From NCBI GenBank assembly GCA_030141605.1, contig JAQGDQ010000068.1, positions 248,001-312,000 of the forward strand: a stretch of DNA of 64,000 bases. The letters run 5' to 3'. The stretch is from Tubiluchus corallicola. Lineage: Eukaryota; Animalia; Priapulida. The position numbers and the translations under genes were made by a program. Positions 43,557 to 55,677 of the stretch are shown piece by piece. The notes under the pieces are model-generated. The model made no database searches and was not told where the DNA came from. It worked only from the letters and a program-made list of their open reading frames with translations. Position 1 is the stretch's first letter. The number at the start of each line of letters is the position of its first letter.

Positions 43557-44151
43557 GTACAGTTTCACGTTTTAAACAGAGCAGTATATTCTGTTTCAAG
43601 TTAGCACATCAAATTTCTTTAGGTTAACAGTTACAAAGTTTAGGAAAATATTATTTAGTGCATTTTGTGTGTAGATTGTTCAGGTTGTGTAAGACTATAT
43701 TCTTGTAAAATTTTACGAGTTATCTTATTGGTCCTTCATCAAAATATTCTTGTGATCATGGTTTTCTTAAAATAATTATGGATCATTAGCTATTTTATCT
43801 TTCCGTCGCCTCGATTGAGATATGTTCTTGTTGTGTATTCGCCTTTAATTCAGCAGGATTTGCTAATTCAAAAAAACTGCTATCAAACGTTGCCAAACAC
43901 GCGCTCAAATTTTGTTTTGTACTACATATGTTATGCTGATTGTATAAGGGTTTTGAATGTTGTTGTGTTGAGAATCGCAAGTGTTGTTGGCTTTTTCATT
44001 GCAGGAAGTTAGGTGTTTATAGTAGATGCTATCCAGTATGTTTTAGTGGGCTTTGGTGTTGCTCTGTTACTAGGTTTTTAATTTTAGTTAATTTCAGTTA
44101 GTTTGGAAATGTATAATGGAATTTCTTTCTTTTAATTTTGCTATGTTTAAT

Positions 44152-44332
44152 GAACCATTAATTCCCATTAATATTCAGAATATTGTTCTTGGTTTTTACT
44201 TCTCAGATGTCAACGAGTGCGAGACCTCATCACCAACTCACGAACCATTAATTCCCATTTTTTATTCAGAATATTGTTCTTGGTTTTTACTTCTCAGATG
44301 TCAACGAGTGCGAGACCTCATCACCAACTCAC
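44152..44332 (+). repeat. 90/91-bp tandem duplication spanning the splice acceptor of the giant EGF exon
   Basis: GAACCATTAATTCCCATT...CTTCTCAG|ATGTCAACGAGTGCGAGACCTCATCACCAACTCAC at 44152-44241 and 44242-44332. Confidence 0.95.
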
Positions 44333-47300
44333 AATTGTCATGTCACAGCTATTTGCACCAACACGGTTGGAAGCTTTGAGTGCTCCTGTGCTTCAGGAAT
44401 GGAAGGAACTGGGACAGAATGCAACGACGTTGATGAATGTGCTGCAGGGTTGGCAAACTGCCAGGAGTCTTCCATCTGTTATAATACACCAGGCAGCTTT
44501 GAGTGTACATGTAGTGCTGGATTTACTGGACTGGATTGCAGCGACATTGCTGAATGTGAAGAATCTGTTCAAAACTGTGATCCCAACGCCGAGTGCGGAA
44601 ATCTTGAAGGTAGTTCTGAATGCGCGTGTGCTACTGGGATGACTAGAACTGGAACAGAATGCAGAGACGTTGATGAATGTGTTACCGGATTAGCAAATTG
44701 TCACGAGGACGCCATCTGCTACAACACACCAGGCAGTTTTAAATGTAAGTGCAAAGCTGGCTTTCTTGATATTGGACAACTTGCACAAAATCAAACGCAA
44801 ACAGAAATAGCACTAGGAACTAAATGCGCAGACATAGATGAATGCTCTCTGAGCTCTGACTGCCATTCCGGCACCAATAATATGTCAAGGTGCACTGATG
44901 GAGAACAAAGTGTAGGCAGCGTAAACATGAATGTGACCATCAATGAGGAGCATCAAAGTAAAAATATTGTTTATAATATGTACGGATACGAATACGAATA
45001 CAATTATGAGCAGTATGATAGTAGCTTAGAATGTGATTATCATAGTTGGTGTCAGAAAAATGCAAGTATATGCCAAGCCAATGCTTTCTGCTCTAATAAC
45101 AAAGGTAGTTTTAATTGTGTCTGCAATAATGGTTACTCGGAGACTGATGGTGAATGCGTTGACATAGATGAATGTAAAGAAGACACAAATTGGTGTGGTA
45201 AAACAATGCAATGTAACAACACAGATGGTAGCTTTGACTGTCTCTGCAATTCTGGACTTGAATGGAAGCATAGCAACTTTTACGGAGATACGTGCGTAGA
45301 CATCAACGAGTGTGCCTTGGCTCTTCACAATTGTCATTCTGATGGAATGTGCATTAATACAGAGGGAAGCTTTGACTGTTCATGTAAATTGGGCTTCACA
45401 GGAACTGGAGTAGAGTGCAGCGATTTAGATGAATGTTTACTTAACACACATGACTGCAGTACTGACCTGGAATATTCTGAATGTTTGAACACTCAAGGAA
45501 GCTTCTTTTGTTTATGTAAATCTGGTGTTATTGTGATTGGCAATGATTGCACAGATTTGAATGAATGTGATTTAGGCTTAGACACATGCCATTCCAGTGC
45601 AATATGTTCAAATTCACAGGGAAGCTTTGAGTGTTTTTGTGTTCCTGGATTTGTTGGATCTGGTTTGACATGTTCTGACGTAAATGAATGCACTGATCTA
45701 GAAAATGTTTGCCATGTTGATGCACGTTGCACTAACACAGAAGGCAGTTTCAATTGTTCATGCAATGTGGGTTTCACTGGAGATGGATTAGAATGCATTG
45801 ACATTGATGAGTGTAAAGTATTAATGACCAGTTGTATTGAGAGTGCTCATTGCGTTAATGCTTATGGCAGCTTCGACTGCTTGTGCAATGTAGGTCACAA
45901 ATTAGAAAATGGCAGTGTATGCACAGATATTGATGAATGCAGCCTAGAATTGCACAGCTGTGGTGCTAATGGTGTATGTGTTAATACAGTTGGTAGTTTT
46001 GAGTGTTCATGTCAATTTGGTTTCATTGGAAATGGAATAACCTGCGCGGACGTGGATGAATGCATGCAGCCTTATAACAGTAACAACTTGGAATTGCAAG
46101 TACGGAAAGATATTTGTCACCCTGATGCAAATTGTAAAAATACTGAAGGCAGTTTTGAATGCTCGTGCAAAGAGGGATACCGTGGAAATGGATTACATTG
46201 CGCAGACATAAATGAATGCGTTTATCAAGGTGGCTGGGTTAGTCCTGATGATGGTAGTGACAGTGGCGGTAATTCTGCTGACTTAGAATTGTGCAGCAAT
46301 GGCAGAATCTGTGTTAATGTAAAAGGTAGCGTTAAATGTTCGTGCAATACGAGATATGTGGATATTAATAAGGAATGTATTGATATTGACGAATGTGCAC
46401 TAAAAGTGCCCTCCTGTACAGAAAATGATCATTGGTTTAATGTAGAAACAAACAATTTTGAGTGTCAGTGTGATACTGGGTACATCTGGCAGGATGAATG
46501 CAGTGCGGATGATAAGGAATGTTCCAGCATTCTTCACAATTGCCATCCTTTTGGTTACTGCGTTAATACAGATGGTAGTTTTAACTGTCTGTGTGATGTT
46601 GGTTATCTTTGGAATGGAACAGCTTGCAGTGATTTAAACGAATGTCAATTAGGACAGCATGACTGCAGCATAGGCGACTGTTCTCTTAACTCAGATTTAT
46701 GCAATGGTGGAGAAGTTTGCTCTAACACAGAAGGCAGTTTTAAATGCTTGTGCAAAACTGGATATGTTAACATCAACAATGTGTGTACTGACATTGATGA
46801 ATGTAAATACAGTTTACCTATTTGTGGTGATAATGATGATGAAAAGAATCATCACTGGTTTAATGTAGAAGCAAGCACTTTTGAGTGTCTGTGTGATCCA
46901 GGGTATATCTGGCAGGATGAATGTAGGGCAGATGTTATGGAATGTTCCAGCATTCTTCACAATTGCCATCCGTTTGGTTACTGTGTTAACACAGTTGGTA
47001 GCTTTAAATGTCAGTGTGACGTTGGTTATCTTTGGAATGGAACAGCTTGCAGTGATTTAAACGAATGTCAATTAGGACAACATGACTGCAACACACGTGA
47101 TTGTTCTCTTGATTCAGATTTATGCAATGGTGGTGAAATTTGCTTTAACACAGAAGGCAGTTTTAAATGCTTGTGCAATACTGGATATGTTAGCATCAAC
47201 AATGTATGTACTGACATTGATGAATGTAAGTACACTTTACCTGTTTGTGGTGAAAAAAATGATGATGAAAAACATGATTACTGGTTTAATGTAGAAGCAA

Positions 47301-50300
47301 ACACTTTTGAATGTCAGTGTGATGCTGGGTATATCTGGCAGGATGAATGTAGGGCAGATGTCGTGGAATGTTCCAGCATTCTTCACAATTGCCATCCGTT
47401 TGGTTACTGTATTAACACAGATGGTAGCTTTAAATGCCAGTGTGACGTTGGGTATCTTTGGAATGGAACAGCTTGCAGTGATTTAAACGAATGTCAATTA
47501 GGACAGCATGACTGCAACACACGTTATTGTTCTCTTGATTCAGATTTATGCAATGGTGGTGAAATTTGCTCTAACACAGAAGGCAGTTTTAAATGCTTGT
47601 GCAATACTGGATATGTTAGCATCAACAATGTATGTACTGACATTGATGAATGTAAGTACACTTTACCTGTTTGTGGTGGAAAAAATTATGATGAAAAACA
47701 TGATTACTGGTTTAATGTAGAAGCAAACACTTTTGAATGTCAGTGTGATGCTGGGTATATCTGGCAGGATGAATGTAGGGCAGATGTCGTGGAATGTTCC
47801 AGCATTCTTCACAATTGCCATCCGTTTGGTTACTGTATTAACACAGATGGTAGCTTTAAATGCCAGTGTGACGTTGGGTATCTTTGGAATGGAACAGCTT
47901 GCAGTGATTTAAACGAATGTCAATTAGGACAGCATGACTGCAACACACGTTATTGTTCTCTTGATTCAGATTTATGCAATGGTGGTGAAATTTGCTCTAA
48001 CACAGAAGGCAGTTTTAAATGCTTGTGCAATACTGGATATGTTAGCGTCAACAATGTATGTACTGACATTGATGAATGTAAGTACACTTTACCTGTTTGT
48101 GGTGAAAAAAATGATGATGAAAAACATGATTACTGGTTTAATGTAGAAGCAAACACTTTTGAATGTCAGTGTGATGCTGGGTATATCTGGCAGGATGAAT
48201 GTAGGGCAGATGTCGTGCAATGTTCCAGCATTCTTCACAGTTGCCACCCCTTTGGTTACTGTATTAACACGGATGGTAGCTTTAAATGTCAGTGTGACGT
48301 TGGGTATCTTTGGAATGGAACAGCTTGCAGCAATGATTTAAACGAATGTCAATTAGGACAGCATGACTGCAACACAGATGAGTGTTCTCCAGACTCAGGT
48401 TTATGCAATGATAGTGAAAAGTGCACAAACACTGAAGGCAGCTTTAAATGCTTATGCAATACTGGATATGTTAACATCAACAACAAATGTGTTGACATTG
48501 ATGAATGCAAGTATGCTTTGCCTGTTTGTGGTGAAAATGGAGATTATTGGTTAAACACTGCATCTGATGAATTTGAGTGCATGTGCAAACCAGGATACCA
48601 ATGGGAAAGTGATTTTGAATGTAGTTACTCTGAAGAGTGTTTTAGCAATTCTCGAAGGTGCCACATTAATGCTGATTGTATTAATGCAGAAGGTACTTTT
48701 CATTGTTTATGTGTGGTTGGTTACAGTGGAAATGGAACAGACTGTATGGACTTGGATGAGTGCACTTTGGGCTTGGATAACTGCCATTCTAATGCAACAT
48801 GTTTGAACTCACAAGGAAGTTTTGAATGCCTCTGCAATGCAGGATTCTCTGGAAATGGAATAGAGTGTAGTGACGCCGATGAGTGTCAGCTTGAACAACG
48901 TGACTGTAGTGTTGAAATAGATGAATGTAGCTTGGGCTTAGATAACTGCCACTCTAATGCAACGTGCTCGAACACCCATGGAAGTTTTGATTGCTTTTGC
49001 AAAACTGGATTTGATGGATCAGGAATCTCTTGTAGTGATGTTGACGAATGCATTTCAGAAACGGACATTTGCTACAATGATGCGCACTGTTACAACACCA
49101 TGGGCAGTTTTCAGTGCGTTTGTGATACTGGATATTATAGAAGCGGAATAAATTGTACTGATTTAGATGAATGCACAAACAAAAATATTACCTGCGGAGA
49201 AAATGCTTTTTGTTCTAATACACAGGGCAGCTTCGAATGTTTGTGCAATGCTGGATTCGAATGGGAAAATGGCAAATGCATAGACGTCAATGAATGTCTT
49301 CGAAATACTCATAATTGTCACTCTGATGGCTTTTGCACCAATGAAGATGGTAGTTTTCACTGTTCATGTAAAGTAGGACTCACTGGAACTGGCACTGAAT
49401 GCAGTGATTTTGATGAATGTAATGTTGGATCGAGCCCTTGTCATTCTATTGCTACTTGTTTAAACTTGCATGGCAGTTTTGAATGTTTGTGTGAAGTTGG
49501 TTACAGTGGAAATGGAACAGTATGTAGTGACATAGATGAGTGTCATCTTGGCCAGCATGACTGCCATACTGTGTCAGGTTTATCTTGCATTAATACCCAA
49601 GGCAGTTTTATGTGTTTATGTGAATCTGGTTTTATTATCAGGCAAGACAAATGCACTGATTTGGATGAATGCACAACTGGCTTGAACAACTGTCATGTAA
49701 ACGCTACCTGTATTAATTCGTATGGAAGTTTTGGTTGTTTTTGTAATTCTGGATTCAGTGGGTCAGGTACGATATGCGAAGATTTAAATGAATGTAACTA
49801 TCACGCTGGCATTTGTGGTATTAGGGCCAAATGTTCCAACACGTATGGTAGCTTTGCATGTTCTTGCGATGCTGGATTTTATGGAAATGGATCAGAGTGT
49901 GTAGACATCAACGAATGTGCTCTAGACCTGCACCAATGCAGAGATACTGCAACCTGCATCAACAACGAAGGGAGCTTTACTTGCTTCTGTGGCACTGGTT
50001 ATTCTAGCGACGACAATGGGTGTATTGATGTCAATGAATGCGAACAAATGCTAAACAATTGTGCGAAAAATGCCAGTTGTCACAACACAGAGGGGACTTT
50101 TAACTGTATATGCAACCCGGGATATCAAGGTGATGGAAAAGAATGCATCCAGGTTGACGAATGCCAAATGAACTTACACGATTGTCACCAGGATGCCGTC
50201 TGTTCTGATACGGAAGGAAGCTTTCATTGCAATTGCAGATCTGGATTTACCGGAAATGGCAACAAATGTGAAGATGTGGACGAATGTTCTGAAAACTTGA

Positions 50301-50531
50301 GTGGCTGCCATGTGCATGCTGCTTGCTTGAACAGCCAAGGAAGCTTCGCTTGTAGCTGCAGTGCTGGCTACACTGGAGATGGGAAATTGTGCACAGAAAT
50401 TCTGCTTTGTAGCAGTGACGTTGCATCCAAAGGTAACTGTGCAAAAGAATCACAGTGCTTCGTCAGTGCAGGGGGTGAGCCTATCTGTGTTTGCAATGAT
50501 GGTTTCACTGGAAACGGGGAATACTGTGAAG
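44298..50531 (+). CDS. Giant 6234-nt exon encoding roughly 45 tandem EGF modules, mostly calcium-binding type
   Basis: ttctcag|AT...GAAG|gtatgc, phase 1-1, length divisible by 3; ORF 44399..50572 with repeated D-[IVL]-[DN]-E-C...C-x-N-T-x-G-S-F-x-C-x-C-x-x-G-[FY]. Confidence 0.95.
46370..48750 (+). repeat. Coding tandem repeat with 426-bp (142-aa) period, about 5-6 units
   Basis: Near-identical shadow ORFs at 47082, 47508 and 47934 are exactly 426 bp apart; flanking units are more diverged. Confidence 0.93.
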
Positions 50532-50617
50532 GTATGCTTTTAATATATTTAGTTTTGTTCAAAGTGAACTGAAATTGCAAGTGTTTAGAAATTTAAATTC
50601 TTAGTTTATTTTTCAAG

Positions 50618-50634
50618 ATATTGTGATGTGGTGA
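50618..50634 (+). CDS. Candidate terminal coding segment of the CTL-EGF gene (E-D-I-V-M-W-stop)
   Basis: Nearest good acceptor tttttcaag|AT after an 86-nt intron; phase 1 gives AT ATT GTG ATG TGG TGA. Confidence 0.4.
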
Positions 50635-51060
50635 GGTCCGTTTGGCAGAATGATGCTCGTGAACAAACCCATCTGAAAAGATTCTGAAAAAACTATTGGA
50701 CAACAGGTTGGCTTGGTCGCTTGCATCATTAATTTCTGAGAGTCTCAGTATTCAGGCATACAAATGAAAGCAACTATCAGAATTTGGGTACATGTAATTC
50801 CTGGTAAGTACTGTAAAATTAGTCTATACTTCACCTACTCTTTTACCACTCCAGAACCCTACTTCTGAGTTCTGGCACGAGTCATAAGTGTGTGTCTGGA
50901 AGGTATTTTATGGAAGGGTGACGTACAAAGAAAATTCGGCCGGTGCCTGGAAGGAGTGCGCTAGGATCTTGATAAAGAAGAATGTGTGATGATTTTTACA
51001 AAATTTTAGGCATTTAAGTAGTTGCGCGCATTGCGTCGCGCTAAGAACGCGTTAAACAGG

Positions 51061-51118
51061 GAGAGGGAGAGGGAGAGAGAGAAAGAGAGCGAGAGAAAGG
51101 GAGAGAGAGAAAGAAAGG

Positions 51119-51207
<89 letters not shown>
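51061..51207. repeat. (GA)n microsatellite
   Basis: Directly visible. Confidence 0.98.
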
Positions 51208-51211
<4 letters not shown>

Positions 51212-52704
51212 CACAAGCGGCAAAAGGCTCTCATTTTCTCATTTTCGTTACGCGTAGCGGCAAAGTAACAAAGGAAACGGGCTAATAATGCTGAATTTAA
51301 TTTGCCTTTTTGCGACTTCTAATTGGAAATGGAGGACACGCATGTACTGCTGACTATGTGCAGAATTTTTATCTCATGTTGATAACTTACCTGCAGTGAG
51401 TTAACCATTTAATTATTTAACCCTATAAAACTATTTAACTCCGGTTTTATTTAGTGTTAACGATCATAAGTCACGATGGGGTCAAAGCCTACTTGTAACA
51501 TAATTATAGATTTGATTTCTGTACGCCAAGAATAGGTAGGGTTTTTGTATTGCGCATTGTGCAATGAAAATACTGACTTCGTGTTGTTGTCGTCGTCATT
51601 GTCGTCGCCGCCGTTAGTTGTTAGTTTAATATTTTTGCCGTCTTTGTTTTTTTTGGATTTGTCATTGACTTTGAAGTAATTTGTGGTAATAAAGCTAAAC
51701 TGGAAAAATCTGTGCTGTTAATGACATCGAAATTCTTAATGAGTTAAGATGAAAATTCCCTCACGTTGTTGCGGACATTTTTATCATGAAAATTTAAAAA
51801 CTGAAAAATACACTAGAAACGCACATGTTTGAAGTTTCTAAGCCCTGTGCTTGTAAGCTCAGCATCCTTTTACTTTGCTGCATATGTACCTGTAATTTCA
51901 GTGCCCACAAAAAGGAATGTCAAAGTTGCTCGTTGTCGCGTAGCGTTTTTTGGGCCACTGACAGCACCTTAACACCGGCAATCTGCTGCTGATACTGCAC
52001 GCAGTTGAAGAAATATGTGAAGGTCGTGGCTTTGTAGCCTGCAGGCTGGTGTCCGAATTTCCAGCGTTAGAGCTAACTAGTAATAGACATTTAGCTTGTT
52101 TCGTCGTCGCTAGTGTTGCTTAATATTAGTTGCTGTAATTATATGTTTACAGGTGTAATCTTGGCATATGTAAGACAACATACTTCTTAAAATTTAATTA
52201 CTACATAATGACGAGATGATATAATAGAACTAAACTGGAGTGGCATTACGGAGCTTGGGAATACATCTACAAGTTAGGTAAAGCATTTGACAATAATGAA
52301 GTTTTTCGTAATCAGTTATATTGTGCCATTTGGCTTTGAGTAAAACTTTTTCACAGCTAAACTAAAAAAACTGTTAAAGTCTACCAGTACTTAAAAAACT
52401 ATTTTTTGGGCCCAATGCAATTTAGGATTGAATGGACCGAAATTTCAGTAAAATTAATGTTCTTTGTTTTATCTGTTCTACATTGTTGTGTGAAAATATA
52501 GTAAATAGAATGTAAGTGATGCCTTGAAATTTATGAGTGGTCCCGTTGCCCATTGCGTTGAAATTTATGAGAATCATTATAATGAAATATTTCAGAGTAT
52601 TATGTCTAGTCAATGTAGACTTATGTTCTATGTATGTATTATGTCATGTACTATGACATGTATTATGTCAACGCTATCATGTTTTTGTTGTTTTTCAGTG
52701 TATC

Positions 52705-52881
52705 ATGAAGTTTTTAGATGATTCTAACATGCCCGATCCTACTTCTAAAAAGCAGAAAATTCTTGTTTGGATTGTTCTCCTGCTGGTTAGCTTTGCCTCG
52801 CTCACAGTATTCGTACAAAATGCGATATACCTGTACAACGCTTCTAGATTTTTAACAGCTTCGGCAGAGATTCAAAAAAGG
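52705..52881 (+). CDS. NIT-domain membrane receptor, exon with short N-terminus and TM1
   Basis: MKFLDDSNMPDPTSKKQK-ILVWIVLLLVSFASLTVFV-QNAIYLYNAS...QKR|gtaaac, phase 0. Acceptors available at 52698 (phase 0) and 52717 (phase 1), so the 5' boundary is uncertain. Confidence 0.8.
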
Positions 52882-53035
52882 GTAAACAGAATTACGCTTA
52901 TTGCAAATAATTACTATCATTGTATACATGAAATGCTTACAGAATGGGAACATTAGGTCTAGTGTGAAAAAAAACGACAAGAGAGCAGGTATATCTGTCA
53001 TGTTATTGAATTTGACTAATTTTTATTTTGTACAG

Positions 53036-53274
53036 GTAGAAGTGTCGCACTCTCTGGTTAGTCTGGTTGACGTCATTATGGCGGAGGGCGCTGCTACCGC
53101 CATGTACATGAGAGCCCCAACTCGGGATAAAGTGGTTTACACTAACCTGCAAGAGCGACGCAAAGATACTAACTTACGAATAGAAGAACTTCCTAGAATA
53201 AGATGGACTAGTACAGAGACAAACGCTAAATTTCGGTCTCCAAAAGAACTAAAGGCATATTTAGACTCAAATCG
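53036..53274 (+). CDS. NIT-domain receptor exon (first NIT helices)
   Basis: gtacag|GTA...CG|gtatac, phase 0-2; SLVDVIMAEGAATAMYM...LQERRKDTNLRIEEL...W...FRSPKELKAYLDSNR parallels NIT LVHxLQxERGxSxxYL...LxxxRxxTD...LxxLR. Confidence 0.8.
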
Positions 53275-53996
53275 GTATACTTTTTCTAGATATGCCCTGT
53301 ACTGTGATAGCAATAATGTTCTTTTTTTCATTTTCTTACTCATTCGACATTCTTCTTCTTCTCCTTCGTGCTCTTTTATTTTTCATTCTTCCTTTTGTGT
53401 TTTTTCATTCATTCATTCATTCTTTTTCTTTCTTTCTCTCTTTTTCCTTTCTTTCTTTCCCTTTTTTTGTATCGTTCATTTTACTAGCTTATCTAATTAT
53501 CTATTTAATTTTGTCAGTATATTGTTTATTTGCCTTTTCCTCCTTTTGGACTTCTTTTCGTCTTTTCTTCCTTCCTTGTTTTGGAGCACTGAACCCAGTA
53601 TACAAACTTCCAAACATCTAATCCTAGTATTTGTCTTAAAACACGTTCTTCACATTTTGCCTTAAATTACTCATCACTGACTTAGTATTGGTATTTTAGC
53701 AAACTAAAATTTGTGTAAAACAATTTTGCGATAAGTGGCATGCAGCAACCGCTAAACTTTGTTGATGTTGTTGTTGTGGTCATTGCCATTGTTGTTGAAG
53801 TTGTTGTTGTTGGTGGTAATGTTGTCTTTATCGGCACTATTGTCCCTGTTTTGCGCGAGGCCTTTACCAACCGCTCACCTCCCAGTGGCAGTAGATGTTG
53901 TTATAGCTATTAGGCGTTATGATATTACAATACTGTCAACGCTTTGCAATCGGTGTGGTTGCAATTCGTCGTTACGTTTAATTTATTTTTTTGTAG

Positions 53997-54111
53997 CTTG
54001 AAATCCCGCCGAACCGGAGAAGGTATCAACTACATAGATCTTTATTGGAGCATTGTGGAGGGTGTAATTTCCTACATTTCAGATATCATACACTTTGCTT
54101 CTCCTACTGAG
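53997..54111 (+). CDS. NIT-domain receptor exon
   Basis: ttgtag|C...GAG|gttccc, phase 2-0; INYIDLYWSIVEGVISYISDII parallels NIT xxxYTxxIxxLL. Donor is weak. Confidence 0.75.
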
Positions 54112-54434
54112 GTTCCCATATTGTATTTTTTTTTCTTTAAAAACAAATTCATGTACAACTCAGACAACTCGCCTACATCATCCAATAAAACAGTGGAGTA
54201 CTGACTTTAATGAAAGTGCATTAACACTTCTAACTAAGTTAAAGATTTTTTTCTGAATTATTGATGAAAACAGACGCGCGGCTGACTGAATATAATTCAC
54301 GATTTTTTTGGAAATTGCTGAGATTCCTTAATTTTTAGTTAACTTTAGTTGTCTACTGCGACAGGGTCGCAAAGTAAATTTACAATTTTGCAACATTTTT
54401 GTCAACTGTTTGTTTATAGTTTAACTTTATTTAG

Positions 54435-54537
54435 GGTACTGTTGCATGGGTGGATATAATGGCCTTCAACATTTTGACTCTAAGTGACAAATACGCTGCT
54501 CTAGAGGGTGCAGCTGGATCGCTGTATTATACTTCAG
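54435..54537 (+). CDS. NIT-domain receptor exon (second signature motif)
   Basis: tttag|GGT...TCAG|gttagt, phase 0-1; WVDIMAFNILTLSDKYAALEGAAGSLYYTSG parallels AYxxLxxxKExxGxERAxGxxxFxxG. Confidence 0.8.
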
Positions 54538-55677
54538 GTTAGTTGAAGTATTTTTTTCTATTTTACTTTTGCTGCTTTTAGAAGCAGTGTTGGAAATGGT
54601 CACTGGGTCATGTCATGTGTCACTAATTTACATGTTTGTAATGGTAACAGGTCCAGAACTTGAATGCTACTGGTACCTGACGTGAAGCTCTTTTGTTAAA
54701 GATCGTATTAGTCAATTGTTACATTTTCAAAGATTATTTTTTTAATTAGTAACAATTTTAATGATGATGATTGTGATGATAATGAAAACGATGATGATGA
54801 TGATGATCTAATGATGCTGTTGACGATGATAGCGATGATGATGATGGCTGATAATGATGATGATGATAGCGACAACGATAATAGCGATGACGCCGTTGGT
54901 CAGGGGCATATGGGATACGCAAGCGGTGAGCCAAGACCCTTTCTGGCCATTAATAGTCTCATAGGGAAGTGCTCTATTAAGATTGGTAGATCCCGCTATT
55001 AACATCCAAAACATGTGCCTTTTAGTGGTTGAAAGCTACCACTAAATTTTATTACGTAGAAATAGCGTGACTGTATCTACCTATTCATTCATTGATTGAT
55101 TTACATTTTTATTTATTTATTTGTTTATTTATTTGTGGTTATTCTAAAATTAGATCAATGAAGTCGTAAGAATCAAGCTGCACCAACGATGTCTGGTAGC
55201 AGGTGTTTTAACTTTTGTTATTGATTTGTGAAGAGAGCCACGCCTATTTCTTTCATAAAGCCTAATTCACATTTAGTGGTAAACAGTTCGTCAATGCTCT
55301 AACCGACTTCTTTCTTCATTGTCCAACATAAATTTTATCATAAGTAAGAAAGTATTTAATGGATGCTTTTAAGCACTAGCCGAAAAAAATTCTTGAACGT
55401 GAGAGTTTTACTCAGACTTATGAAATAGACTGGAAACCTTACTTTTCACGCTTTGATTGTTAAGCACAACGTACCTAACTACTAAAGTATGCTTTATTTT
55501 CATATCTATTATAGGAACACATTCAAGGATATCTAATTGTTATTCAATAACTACTTAAATACATTGATTTTTTTAGATAGATTATTGGTTTTCAAACAAA
55601 CTCTGCGATGTGAGTTACACAGATTGAAACTAATATTAAAGCCATGATTTTAGAGTGTTGATTTAATATTTCTGCAG

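Noticed and set aside
44298-50531. Fibrillin, Notch or LTBP assignment
   Set aside because: No TB, hybrid, LNR or ankyrin domains seen, and the N-terminus consists of C-type lectin domains.
45026-50580. Antisense and alternative-frame ORFs within the EGF exon
   Set aside because: Shadow ORFs of the repetitive coding strand.
53275-53665. Phe/Ser-rich multi-TM-looking tail of ORF 52901..53665
   Set aside because: Read-through into a pyrimidine-rich intron after the donor at 53274.
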